A model generated the notes under the pieces. The model was not told where the DNA came from. It searched no databases and saw nothing but the letters and a program-made list of their open reading frames with translations. 64,000 nt of DNA, taken from Haliotis rufescens. Its lineage: Eukaryota. Shown here piece after piece: positions 37,885-51,475 of the stretch (its first letter is position 1; each line of letters opens with the position of its first letter). The translations under genes were made by a program, and so were the position numbers. The stretch covers positions 20,956,001-21,020,000 of the forward strand of contig NW_025964001.1 of assembly GCF_023055435.1 (NCBI RefSeq). Reading direction: 5' to 3'.

Positions 37885-39070
37885 TGAATGCAACCACGAA
37901 TATTCTTCGAAAAGAAATAGGTTTTGTATGCTGCAGTATGAGGCTTACCTATTTATTATTATTTTTCCAGAATGATAATATGAATATGCAAAAAGTTCCC
38001 ATTTTGATAAACGGTGAATCTATTCCATGATAAGTATGGGGGAAATGTCTAATGGTCAAACAAATAAGAATGTGCAGTCGTGACAAACGAGCGTCTTTCA
38101 TGAAAGACGGGAACCCTTTTCACAAAGCGATCTTGGCGGTATCCTCTTTATGAGAATCTTACAAGTTTGAAAAATCATATTCATTCACGGCGCTTGACAA
38201 TTGGATTATGTACGTTGACAGCGTGAACTATAACGACGACTATATGAAAAGGAATAGTAGGAAATAAAAGTATAAAGCAAGCATTTAGTAGGTTTTTATT
38301 AAAATAATTCTCTATTGTTTGTGCCCTCTCAACCGCTACCTGACAAGCGCCATGCTAAAGCGTGGCACATACACGCACATTTAAAGGCGATTAATATATA
38401 CTGGAGGTGTTTCGTGTGATGTATAGGTGCCGAGACATCACTGAGGCATAAACACGGTCGGGCCACCGAGGTTTAGTTCAACAACAATGGGACAAACATG
38501 ATTTATTCCCGCACAACAGACAATGGTTATTTATAACTGATTATCTTTTTTAACTGTGAATGTTGGAATACAGGTGTTATATCTCCATTAAACCGCTGCG
38601 TCTAAATTTAGGAGGGAGGAAAACAAGCGGCATATTAAGAATGCAACGGTAACGTGCATTGATATGTGTAGTGTGTTGGTGGAATATTAAAAGGGGCAAG
38701 ACCTGGGCAAACTGGCCCATAGTGTACGGTATTTATTTACTGAGCAACATCAAACAATCTGTACATTTTCACTATTAACACAAAAAGTAGATTATAAAAT
38801 ACAATTACTAAAAGCCAGTTAAGGCGCTTACACATAGTCGCTAAAATGAGATATAGTAAAGAGGTGCAGAATGCGTTAGCACAGTACTGTGAAGCAGACA
38901 TTTGTACTTTTTTTTTATAAAACTGTGAGGAAACAAAAACATTAAAATCAATCAGTAACTAAGGTTAGTTATCGTGATCAAACAGTATCATCTACTTCTG
39001 GCATATGCAGACTATGGGGAGACTCCTACACTGAACCATCTCAGCCTTACTACTCCACTTACTAGTTTTA

Positions 39071-39219
39071 AGGGGCGGTCGGGTAGCCTTGTGGTTAAGG
39101 CGTTCGCTCGTCACGCCGAAGACCCGGGTTCGATTCCTGACATGGGTACAATGTGTGAAGCCTATTTCTGGTGTCTCCCGCCATGAAAAGCGGCGTAAAA
39201 CAATATTCACTCACTCACT
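39071..39219 (+). mobile_element. SINE family A
   Basis: A and B boxes intact; TSD-like tagtttta flanks. Confidence 0.85.
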
Positions 39220-39439
39220 GATAGTTTTTACGATAATTTTAAACGTTACATATGCGACAGGCTTCAAGGAATCAAGGACAATCAGGAGGAGGATGAAAAT
39301 GATATAGATGAAGAACTATACAAAAACATATATCCTAGAAAAGTGTTTTTACAAATACACAGTTTGAGTTAGTGTGGTACAGGTCCAGATACATGTGCAG
39401 TGAAATATGTTGTTTGGAAGCAGTAATCTTCTCGCGAAG

Positions 39440-39928
39440 TTTATTTACTATTTATAAAGGTGAAAATGATAAGTCAGATCCTTAGAATTACAGGGTCATT
39501 ACTTTAACATCATGTCTGGGAACAAGTTAATTCTACAACGATTGGAAGAATGGTGTACGATACATTGTCCAACCTTTCCAGACCCTTTACAATTTGGGAT
39601 TTCGAAAAGACCGTGGTGCTGTAATGTCTGTTTTTACATTACATACTCACATAACTTTCATTATTTATCTAGGAAATCACCTGTCAATGCAGCCTTTATT
39701 GACAATGAAAAGGCCTTTAATCGTATTTGTCATGCTGGCCTATTTGTAAAACTGTATGACTTGGGCATTAGAGGAAGATGTGGCATCTTCACTCTCAGAG
39801 TTACAGCAATAGTTGTGCACATGTCACCTACAGAGGTGAAATCTCACATACCTTTCCTGAGCAGGGTGTTGGGCAAGGACAGGTGCTTTCATCCTGTCTC
39901 TTTCTTGTTTATATCGGTGATCTGATCT
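39440..39928 (+). mobile_element. Degenerate non-LTR retrotransposon RT fragment
   Basis: PDPLQFG, AAFIDNEKAFNRICHAGLFVKLYDLGIRG and QGVGQGQVLSSCLFLVYIGDL, spread across frameshifted frames. Confidence 0.85.
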
Positions 39929-40858
39929 GTGAAGAGATCACCCGTTTAATAAACATACAGCGGTATTACACGTTGTGTAATACCAAAACGCGTGCTTATG
40001 TACTCTCGGAACACGTTTCACGAACAAATATTGAAAGCTCTCAACATCCCTTGGCTTATTCAACAACAGTGCATGTGGAGATGATAGATCACTGAGAGGA
40101 GCTTATGCACACTCGATGACCCCAGCAACCTTGTTGCTAGGCTGACGTCACATGACACTGTTTCGCCGATGGATCTTGCAACAAATTCCACAAATTACGT
40201 CATCGGGTATTGTGACGTGATTGTAAACTTTGAGGCGCAAGGCCCCGTTCCACAAAGCGATCGTACGGTAGCGCGACGACAGTCGTTGGTCTAAGTTAAA
40301 GTATATGAGTTGCGATAAACTTAACGCTACGATAATTTTGTGGAACGGACGCCTGAATTCTAAAGGTGGACCGTTGGATGGTATTAAATTCATACGTTTC
40401 AACTTTTGACGTATTTGAAGTATTACTGTGTTAAACTCAGTTGGAATATGCCATGGATCGTGAAGGTGTCAGCCTATTCACACTCAACAGTATAATTCTA
40501 AAAACGTTATAAATGGCCTTTCGCTCGTCAGATACCAGAACTATTCACTCGTTTCATAAAATTGGTATTACACGGGAGCTCGTTTAGTATTCTATATGAA
40601 TTTTGTTGCAAGATCCATCGGCGAAACAATGCCATGTGACGTCAGCCTAGCAACAAGGTTGCTGGGGTCATCGAGTGTGCATAAGCTCCTCCCAGTGATC
40701 TATCATCTCCACACACAATGTCGTTGAATACGCCAAGGGATGTTGAGAGCTTTCAATATTTGTTCGTGAAACGTGTTCCGAGAGTACATAAGCACGCGTT
40801 TTGGTATTACACAATGTGTAATAAAGCTGTATGTTTATTAAACGGATGATGTCTTCAC
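39929..40858. repeat. About 260-bp inverted repeat pair around a 410-bp spacer
   Basis: 39929-40187 is the reverse complement of about 40598-40858 at high identity. The ORF track shows the same peptide on opposite strands. Confidence 0.9.
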
Positions 40859-41214
40859 GGGCAAGTAATAAAATGAGATATATGATATGTGGATACTGGT
40901 CGTTGGTATTACATCCACTTCTGTGTGTGTAAGGCATTGTGTGTCTGATATTCAGGATTTCATTCGCGGACATGACAACTGCACTTTCCTCATGTCTGGG
41001 GGCCTTGGGGTAGCCTAGTGGTTAATTCGTTCGCTCGTCACGCCGTAGGCCCTGGTTCGATTCCCCATATGTGTGAAGCCCGTTTCTGGTTTCCTCGCCG
41101 TGATATTGCGAGGTAAAACCATACCTACACACTCTTTTCTCAAGTCTGCCCAGTTTCCAAAGGTCACAAATCCAACACATTTACAGATATTAGCATAGCT
41201 CCATTTTATTATGA

Positions 41215-41522
41215 TATTTATGTATCTTAATCGAACTGATATTTAGTACCCTGGAAAGTCGAATGTGGGGGAGCATATATATTTGTCATAATAGAACTGA
41301 TATTAAAACCCTGAAAAATCAAGTATAGGGGAGCATATATATGTATCATAATATAATTGGATTAAACTCCCTGGAAAATCGATCATGGAGAGCATATACG
41401 TGTATCATAATAGAACTGCGATTAATACCCTGGGAAATCGAGTATTGGGGAGAATATGTAGGTATCATGATATAATTGATATTTAGTACCTGGGAAAAAT
41501 CAAGTATGGGGAGCATACATAT
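41215..41522. repeat. Diverged tandem repeat, about 59-bp unit, about 5 copies
   Basis: Recurring tatcataatagaactgatatt..ccctggaaaatc..gggagca. Confidence 0.8.
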
Positions 41523-41904
41523 ATTTATGATAATAGTTGCATATATGTATACTTATGAAGCGAAGACAAATGAATTTAATGCAGCAGGAGGTGTGCACGT
41601 GACTGGGTTCAGATACTTAGATAGGGAAGGCACGTGTTGAGTTCAAGGATTCAGATATCATCCTGACTGCACGTTTCAGTGTGTGTTGCCAGTCTGCATC
41701 ATGTCATTGTAATCTTGTGAAATCACGTTTGACATTCATCGCGTACGAGTATATGTTACAGTCAATGTGTAATATGAATGAAATTTTCACTTGGGCAATT
41801 TACAACATGCGAAAATATTTCATTCACCAACCCATGCTTGTTATAAGAAGAGACTAAGCTTGTCGTAAGAGGCCATCCTCTAGTATTCGGTGTATTCTTC
41901 GAAA

Positions 41905-42162
41905 CGTAAGATCCGGGGTAGAATAGGTCTTCAGCAACCCATGCTTGCCGTAAAAGGCGACTATTCTTGTCGCAGGAGGCGACCAATGGAATCGGGTGGT
42001 CAGGCTCGCTGACTTGGTTGATGCATGTCATCGTATCCTAATTGCGTGGATCGATGCTCATGATGTCAATCACTGGATTGTCTGGTCCAGACTCGATTAT
42101 TTACAGACTTCCGTCATGTAGCTGGAATATTGCTGAGTGCGGCGTTAAACAACAAACAACCA
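41905..42162 (+). mobile_element. SINE-like family C
   Basis: Family consensus match. Confidence 0.85.
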
Positions 42163-45042
42163 AGGACCATTATGCACGTGGATAATTCTGGTATTCGAAC
42201 TGTATGCGCCAGTTATACCAGGTTATATGAGGGATCTTAGTGTTAGGAATACCGTACTTAAGGGGACGGGTTCACAAAACGATCGTAGCGCTACGACTGT
42301 CGTAAGTCGTATTATTAAAGTATAGGAGTTGGCGCTACGGTCGCTTTGTGAGACGGGCTAGGGAACCACGTAACCACACTTTCCAGACGCAGGCGACAGG
42401 ACACCAGGTGACGTGGGGTTAGTTTGAAAGGTGTTTAAGATGGAAACATTAACATATGTAGGTACATGAAAGGTCTTGACCAGACACACTGTCTCCCCGT
42501 CTCCACCCGGCTGCGAGAGCCATACATCACCCATCTGCCTGTCACAGACATCAGTCCGCGGTGTTAACGCGCACTCTCTGATTCTAATTGATGGCTCCGG
42601 GGAAGAGTTTTCAAGTAATATAATATGTTGCTTAGAGATTCATATGCCAAATTTCAGCAAGTGTCATTGTCATTTAAATACGATTCCTAGGCGCGTGACA
42701 GCTTTACTGCGTGGTTCGGCGTTAGAACTACGGTGGACAAGAACACTGAAATCCCCTCACGTTTCGCTTAGGTGTTGTTGTACCGGAAATATGAAAACTA
42801 GTGAGACAAAGCTATATCCAGGCATACACAAACACGTTTTTTTCATGATTATAACTTTGATTTTTTTTTAAGTACTGTTATATATGTTGGCTGTTGACGA
42901 CGTCATTTTGGATGCGAACGTCACACCCTTTCAAAAACTGAATGCATGTTTAATTCAAGTTTTATTTGAAATATTTTATTTTTAAACGTATTGTAAAAAT
43001 GCAATTAAGTGGTACGGTAACTCGGAAAGAATCAATGAGAAAGATTGTTAAACAAGGATGGGCTCTTACAAATTTCACTTAGGTTTCCAGTGGGTTAAAT
43101 GTCGCCATATTTCGTTTACCGCCAGAAATTCCAATTACTGACTCCGAGTGTGTGTGTGTACGTGCGTGCGTGCGCGCGCGTGCCCTTCTTACAAAATGGC
43201 AGACAGACAATCTCCATGGATAAAGACAGTTAACGGATCAGATCGTCTTCGATATTTTAAAGTGTTAATATTTATCAGCTTTGAACAAACTGTACCTGTT
43301 GAAATGTGCCTGACACACTAACTCTAATTATAACTCTTTGTCTGCTGTGATATTGTGAATTGGATATAAAGCTATTTGTATTTTCAGATGAAGGTTTGTT
43401 ATTTCATTTGATTCAGTTATGCTGAAAGAGGTCAAAACAACATTTTTACATTATTTCAAAAATCAAAAAGAATGATTTACGACAACTGATTTGAACCTGC
43501 ACTACTACTTTGAAGTAAGAACTTGAACAGCATCTGCGCAAACCTTGTTTCAGAGTTACCTCCCCTGAGCTAAAACTGGAGCATCTCGTGGGTAAAGGAA
43601 TTTTCTCAGCGCACATATACCTTCTTAAGTGATGATTGTTCAGACAACAATTGATTACGAAACAATGGTAACCACGATGTTTCATGAACTTTGTAAGTTT
43701 TGTTAAATGGTCAGTCTTTTAAATATATGAAACGCCGGGACATAAAGCCAAAGGGTCGTGCCTAAGAGAGTGTGAGTGGGGTTGGGGATACCTATAAAAT
43801 AATTTCTAATAGTGTAGAAAATGTAGTCACTCATTAATACTGACGTAGTATTAAAGTGTAGGGTGCATGGATGTGGCGTTGCATCATATTCCAGTTGATT
43901 TGTTATGCGCGGCATTATTTTTTTAATGTTTAGGAGCTCAATTATGTCAATTATTCATAAACAGGTACTCAATTATTTTTTAAGCAAATAGATTTAAAGA
44001 ACTGTATTCTTAGGGCGTGTGTCTGCAAGAAATGAAATATTTTCAGTAAAACAGGGGCCTGATTCGGGTTTTTAAGAACTCCCAGACCTTGAAAATCAAA
44101 TGGTTGCCCCCAAAGGTGTTTTGCCGTTGTTTTCAGTACTATTCATGGTTGGCGTTGTGATGTGAAATCCGCGACATGATTTATGTCATCCTCTATAATC
44201 CAGGTTATTACATGACCATTAAGGTATGATAATTACCCTGGATCTGTGCACAACCATAGCCCTGAAGTGAATTCGCCGTCGCCATCCATCACCAACGAAA
44301 CACATGATTTTTGCCACGCATAAGCTTGAAATCAATAGCCAATCAAAATGCCTCTTCTGAACGGGTTCGGCATATATCTACCGTGCCCTCGATAATGTAA
44401 CCATATAAGGACAACATTGTAATCCTGAGTATGAGGTCCTTAAGCTATCAGAAGTTCTCCATTAGTCTTGGGATGGTACCAACAATGCCAGTCTAGTACT
44501 ATTAGTATCTACGCTTGTTTCAACCTCTCCTTACAGTGTAAGGTGATTGGACAGCAAAGGTCGTGTCATTTTAACTGGAATCAAAACGAGGTTGTAGTAG
44601 TGCTTGGGGTAAGAGCATTTTTCGCAATAGAATGGATATATAATACACTGACTTATCGAGGATGCGTCTGTGTTTAAGAATATAAATTGTTAAATTGACA
44701 TACAAAAGGAGATCTTAGTTAGAAGACAATCAAATTACTATTATCTTGAAGAAAGTAACTTGAATAAAACTTGTTATAACCGCTAATTTGACGGAACCTA
44801 ATCTCTCTTCGCGCTTCAGGAACATTCTATAATAAACGGGTTTGTTTTTGGATGATCCTCCCAAATTTACCTTACTTAGGTAACAATATGTGTAATAAAT
44901 GTTGACACAGAACATTGCACACAGTATCACTTTATATAATGTACCGCGGCAACCAATAGCCAACACTGGGCAGGTCAAGCGCCGGGTTCCAAACAATTAT
45001 CAAACATATGAAAAGGAATTATGTGGGATTAATACGAATGTG

Positions 45043-45188
45043 ATGTTCTGTTGAGTATATGTATGTTCTGTTGAATATACACATGTTCTGTTGAATATAC
45101 ACATGTCCTGTAGAGTATGCGTAATTCTGTTGAATATACACATGTTCTGTTGAATATACACATGTTCTGTTGAATATACACATGTTCG
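45043..45188. repeat. 20-bp minisatellite, about 7 copies
   Basis: Unit atgttctgttgaatatacac. Confidence 0.9.
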
Positions 45189-45191
45189 TTT

Positions 45192-46068
45192 TGACGTAAT
45201 ACAGACGCCATTGTAGATGAGATACAGACATCGTGCTGATGTAATACAGACGCCATTGTGAATGAGATACAGACATCGTGCTGACGTAATACAGACGCCA
45301 TTGTGGATGAGATACAGACATCGTGCTGACGTAATACAGACGCCATTGTGGATGAGATACAGACATCGTGCTGACGTAATACAGACGTCATTGTGGATGA
45401 GATACAGACATCGTGCTGACGTAATACAGACGCCATTGTGGATGAGATACAGACATCGTGCTGACGTAATACAGACGCCATTGTGGATGAGATACAGACA
45501 TCGTGCTGACGTAATACAGACGTCATTGTGGATGAGATACAGACATCGTGCTGACGTAATACAGACGTCATTGTGGATGAGACACAGACACCGTACTGAC
45601 GTAATACAGACGCCATTGTGGATGAGATACAGACACCGTACTGACGTAATACAGACGTCATTGTGGATGAGATACAGACATCGTGCTGACGTAATACAGA
45701 CGCCATTGTGGATGAGATACAGACATCGTGCTGACGTAATACAGACGTCATTGTGGATGAGATACAGACATCGTGCTGACGTAATACAGACGTCAATGTG
45801 GATGAGATACAGACACCGTACTGACGTAATACAGACGCCATTGTGGATGAGATACAGACACCGTACTGACGTAATACAGACGTCATTGTGGATGAGATAC
45901 AGACATCGTGCTGACGTAATACAGACGACATTGTGGATGAGATACAGACATCGTGCTGACGTAATACAGACGCCATTGTGGATGAGATACAGACATCGTG
46001 CTGACGTAATACAGACGCCATTGTGAATGAGATATAGACATCGTGCTGACGTAATACAGACGCCATTG
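45192..46068. repeat. 45-bp minisatellite, about 19 copies
   Basis: Unit tgacgtaatacagacgccattgtggatgagatacagacatcgtgc, highly homogeneous. Confidence 0.95.
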
Positions 46069-46429
46069 TTACAGACATCAGGAGCATTGATCTACGCATT
46101 TGGGATACGATGACATGTATCAACCAAGTCAGCGAATTTGACCACCCGATCCCGTCAGTCCCTTACGACAAGCATGGGTTGTAGAAGACCAATTCTAACC
46201 CGGATCTTTAGGGTTCAGGTCATAGTGAAGACATTCACGGACATGCAGTCAAAGACACTGACTTATTTACCAAAACATGGAAACAAAGAAATCTAAGTGT
46301 CCAGGTGATCGTCAACAATGACTGCGTGTACTGACACCGTCTACATCTTGTCTCAGCGATTCGGGCGCCGCAATTCCTTGCCGTTGCGTTCCTTTGGAGG
46401 ACCAGAAAACTATGTCGTAAACTCGAATA

Positions 46430-46600
46430 ACAGAGTCACCCTGATTATGTTCCTAGGTTTGTCAACACCATACCGTGCTCATTGATTTCACCAAAGTGGT
46501 AAACGTCCGAGACCTGCTTCACTTCGGGCTTTCCTCCCAAGTTAAGCTGAAATGTGGGGGCATAACTGAAATATTGTTCAAAGCGGTGTTATACCAAACT
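46430..46600 (+). mobile_element. SINE family B, degenerate 3' part
   Basis: Reverse-complement similarity to 2520-2680. Confidence 0.7.
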
Positions 46601-47416
46601 GACAATTACCATTTTGGTGAAGTGTGACTAAGGACTATTCTTCGCAATGTGGCCTTTCATTCGGGTAACAGGTGCTTAGCATATTTCACGTGTATACGTT
46701 TCTAAAGGCATCTCCCAACTGGCCGCAGATCTCTTCGGCCATATCCGCTAGTAGAGGTTTGGCCTTTACCGCGACATCGGTTGTGTACAACGTCTTTGTG
46801 ACAGAGGTTTCTTAATGTCTTACTGTGACGAGTTTCTATCTATTCTGCACCCGGAAAGGACGGTATTCATGTGGCATCTCTGATTTGTTGTGATGTGTTC
46901 AAAGCACAAACAAACAAACGAACGAAGGGGCACATGGCTGATTTTTAAGTGTCTTGTCCCTTACAAAACGGAAATAATTTATTAACTCAATGTATGATTA
47001 CATAAGTTGGCATTATGTTCAATATCAAAACAAACTAATTCAAAGTAGTAAACAAAACATTAGATACGCCGTGATATAACTGGAATACTGTCCCAAAGAG
47101 GCGTTAAACCCTACTCACTCACTCATTTTGTGTTCCGTGAATCTAAGGGCATACGTGAGCTGAAACCCACCTCAATGTTATTCAACTGCCTAGAATGAAA
47201 TGAATTTCAATGCACTTGCTAATCGGACACGTTGATATTGGTCGTGCTAGAAATATGCTATTTTTCATGAATCCCCCATACTAATACAGATACATTAACC
47301 TTCATACTACCTTATAGTAAAAATGACACAGTGTTCCTCATTCACTTACGTAATGTTATATAATGCTTTCATTTCGTCGTGGTCCTTTATGTGCTGACAC
47401 CATCCTATTTAGGGAT

Positions 47417-47571
47417 GGGGGCGGTTTGGGAGCCTACTGGTTAACGCGTTTGCCTGTCACGCCGAAGACCTGGGTTCGATTCCCTGCATGGGTACAATGT
47501 GTGAGGCCCATGTCTGGTGTACCCCGCCGTAATATTGCTGGAATATTGTAAAACCATACTCACTCACTCAT
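47417..47571 (+). mobile_element. SINE family A
   Basis: A and B boxes; TSD tatttagggatg. Confidence 0.85.
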
Positions 47572-47632
47572 TATTTAGGGATGCTAACAATACCTATAAG
47601 AACCACAAAGCTCCGGCGAGGCAAAACTTCCT

Positions 47633-48772
47633 TCACGAGGGTATAATACTACGTAAATTTCAACTAGGTTATTATGCGAATATGACTTTATGCCAAAATA
47701 CATTTAACCGGGGCCGAACGGAGAGTTAGTTATAACCGAAACTTGTATGTTCAAATATTGGAAAGCTATTACACTCGATTAACCTTTCAGTAAGTGAGTG
47801 AGTGTTTGAGTGTGTGAGTGAGTACGGTAAATGTCACTGTTTAGAGGTGGGCAGCGGAGTTATAGGTGAAAAGAGAACCACAAAGGCGATCCAAAACCAG
47901 GTAGCACTGCCACCACTTAAGGGTAATGTTGATAAAATGCAAGATATGATTATGAATGTTTCGACGACTCATAGCCGATACTATAAGCATCTCTCATGAG
48001 ATCGCTGAGAACATTCTGAGAAATGATCTGGACTTGATAAAGGTTTCAGAACGTTGGGCCCCAAGACTTCTTACTCCTGATCAAAAATGCTCCAGGTTCA
48101 CCTTCTCGTGAGAATTTACGTCATTTTGAAGCAGACACAGCGTATTTTGTTGAATTGTAACCTTGGATGAATCTTGGGTTCACCACTATCACCCAGAGAC
48201 TAAACAACAGCAGCTAACTAAGGCAGTGGAAGCATCGAACATATCCGGAGAAGAAGGCAAAGTCTGTTCCATCAGCTGGCAAAGTGATGGCTTCGTTGTT
48301 TCTGGGACGCCAAAGGAATCCTTCTGTGGACTAACTCCCGAAAGGTCACACTTTTAATGGCCAATATTAAGCTAATCTGCTTAGGCAGGTGCGTGTAAAT
48401 ATTAATGTTAAACGTCGTGGAAAACCCACAGAAGGTTTGTTATTCCACCAGGACAATGCTCCTGTGCATAAGTCTTTGAACTCGTTGAACTTCATGCGTA
48501 TCTGATTTGGCTCCGTCAAATTTCAACCTCTTTCCAAACTTGAAGAAGGAAAGTGTCTTGCAACCATTATGCAAATAATGATGACGTCATTTTTATTGTG
48601 GATGACCTTTACACCCCAGTAGGAAGCCTTCTACACTAGTGGCTCCTGGCACACAGCATCGTTGGTAGAACTGTGTGGATCTCGGAAGGGATAATGTTGA
48701 CAAATAATTAGCATCTCACTCATCCCACGCAGTTTCCCACGCAGTTTCAGAACCTTTCGGCCACCCTCGTAT
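47633..48772 (+). mobile_element. Decayed mariner (Tc1/mariner) transposon, transposase pseudogene
   Basis: RWAPRLLT, DESWVHHY.PETKQQ, SAGKVMA, DAKGILL, FHQDNAPVH and DLAPSNF motifs with stops and frameshifts. Right end CACCCTCGTA; possible left end (c)ACGAGGGT. Confidence 0.88.
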
Positions 48773-49556
48773 AAAACAATTACTTCCTGGACTTAACAGG
48801 GACGTTCAGCATCCCCTTGAACCACCAAGAAAAGACATCAATGAAGGCAATAACAATTATTTTACTGGAAGAGGAACTGTTTATAAGCAAGATAGTGTCG
48901 TCCATTTTGAAATGTGTGCACAGACAGGTTTACCTTGGTATCTAAGGCATAACACAATTTCCATTTCTGGCTAAGTCATAGATATGTATTGTGCTTTACT
49001 ACCATTGGTCAGACATGCAAATTCTCAGACAGTGAGTTCGGGGAGAATAAGGCCAACACTTCCATCTAAACTATACATATATCTTATGTAACAGCTTTGG
49101 TATCCATTTCTTCCCATGTTATTTTTAGGTGAACAATTGACTTGCCTTTGCATGTGTTTGTAACGGATACCACCGGTGGGACAGGATACGCTCCACTTTT
49201 CGCGAAAACCTAGTATTAACAATAACCTGTTTTTATAGTGACCCATAAACACACGCTTTTGATATAGTCGGACTGGAATAGACTCTGGTTTTAACAGAGT
49301 TTTTTACGATTATGGAGAATTGTGGCTTTTATTTAAATACATTACATTGGTGAATCAGGAACTCAGTTCCCTTAATTCTAATCCTTCTACTCAATTATGC
49401 ACACAAGCAGAAAGAGAATTATTTCCCCAAGCTAAAGTCAAGGGCTGTTTTTTCAAGGATTGACAAGCACAAGACCTTGGACTTTCTGTGTATGGAGAGT
49501 CTACAATTGCAGCAATTGATCCGACGAGCAGCAGCACTAGCCCGTCTTCCCCAAGT

Positions 49557-49812
49557 CTGTTGCTTAACGCCGCACTCACCAATATTCCAGCTATATGACG
49601 GCGGTCTGTAAATAATCGAGTCTGGACCAGACATTCCAGTGATCGACATCATGAGCATCGATCCACGTAATTAGAATACGATGACATGCATCAACCAAGT
49701 CAGGTAACCTGACCACCCGATCCCGTTAGTAGCCTCTTACGACAAGCATAGTCGCCTTTTACGGTAAGAATTGGTTGCTGAAAACCTATTCTCCCCCGGA
49801 TCTTGACGGCTC
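49557..49812 (-). mobile_element. SINE-like family C
   Basis: Family consensus match. Confidence 0.85.
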
Positions 49813-50084
49813 CCCGCCACGGATCAGACTTGAACGACCGAAGAACCAACCTCCACAAGGACGGAAATCCCCAAGCCAGTACCTTGATTCTGTTGGATAT
49901 GTGCTTTCGTCTTATGAAGACCCAGCCGCGTATAAAGGCGAATGTCAATTAGGTTCTGTAACTGTTATATCAATTGATAAACAGGCTAGTAATGTCACCT
50001 AGTACTTGTATATAGCATTGGTCAGAATGAAATAACACTGTGGGGATTCCGGATCCGAATAGGTCCCTAGCAACCTATGGATGT

Positions 50085-51475
50085 CACAGTCTGTGGACGA
50101 ATTGTTCTGTGTGAATGTCTTAGTCTGTGGACCAACCACCTGTGTATGAATGTCTCAGTCTGTGGACCAACCATCTTTGTATGAATGTCTTAGTCTGTGG
50201 ACCAACCACCAGTGTATGAATGTCTCAGTCTGTGGACCAACCACCTGTGTATGAATGTCTCAGTCTGTGGACCAACCATCTTTGTATGAATGTCTTAGTC
50301 TGTGGACCAACCACCTGTGTATGAATGTCTTAGTCTGTGGACCAACCACCTGTGTATGAATGTCTCAGTCTGTGGACCAACCACCTGTGTATGAATGTCT
50401 CAGTCTGTGGACCAACCACCAGTGTATGAATGTCTTAGTCTGTGGACCAACCACCAGTGTATGAATGTCTTAGTCTGTGGACCAACCACCAGTGTGTGAA
50501 TGTCTCAGTCTGTGGACCAACCACCTGTGTATGAATGTCTTAGTCTGTGGACCAACCACCTGTGTATGAATGTCTCAGTCTGTGGACCATCCACCTGTGT
50601 ATGAATGTCTCAGTCTGTGGACCAACCACCTGTGTATGAATGTCTCAGTCTGTGGACCAACCACCTGTGTATGAATGTCTCAGTCTGTGGACCAACCACC
50701 AGTGTATGAATGTCTTAGCCTGTGGACCAACCACCAGTGTATGAATGTCTTAGTCTGTGGACCAACCACCTGTGTGTGAATGTCTCAGTCTGTGGACCAA
50801 CCACCTGTGTATGAATGTCTCAGTCTGTGGACCAACCACCTGTGTATGAATGTCTCAGTCTGTGGACCAACCACCTGTGTATGAATGTCTTAGTCTGTGG
50901 ACCAACCACCTGTGTGTGAATGTCTTAGTCTGTGGACCAACCATCTGTGTATGAATGTCTTTGTCTGTGGACCAACCACCTGTGTATGAATGTCTTAGTC
51001 TGTGGACCAACCATCTGTGTATGAATGTCTTAGTCTGTGGACCAACCACCTGTGTATGAATGTCTTAGTCTTTGGACCAACCACCTGTGTATGAATGTCT
51101 CAGTCTGTGGACCAACCACCTGTGTATGAATGTCTTAGTCTGTGGACCAACCACCTGTGTGTGAATGTCTTAGTCTGTGGACCAACCATCTTTGTATGAA
51201 TGTCTCAGTCTGTGGACCAACCATATTTGTATGAATGTCTCAGTCTGTGGACCAACCATCTTTGTATGAATATCTAAGTCTGTGGACCAACCACCTGTGT
51301 ATGGATGTCTCAGTCTGTGGACGAATTGTTGTGTGTGAATCTCCCTATCTGCTAGCGAATTGTTACGCGTGAATGTCTCTGTCTATGAATGATGAAGATG
51401 TGTGTGAATGTCTCTGTCTCTGAACGAATTGTTACCTGCGAATGTATCTGTCTGTGGACGAATTGCTGTGTGTGA
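50085..51475 (+). repeat. 35-bp minisatellite array, about 35 core copies plus a degenerate edge
   Basis: Unit agtctgtggaccaaccacctgtgtatgaatgtct(c/t). Confidence 0.95.

Noticed and set aside
39071-39145. tRNA-Asp or other tRNA gene calls at SINE heads
   Set aside because: No intact acceptor stem or oligo-T terminator; the heads continue into SINE bodies with TSDs.
43446-43685. Cys-rich ORF with a THAP-like CxxxxC start
   Set aside because: No C2CH completion or AVP motif, and no supporting splice structure could be established.
45029-46123. 364-aa and 254-aa repetitive ORFs on opposite strands
   Set aside because: By-products of a 45-bp stop-free minisatellite; no splice or promoter context, and the longer ORF starts inside a SINE.
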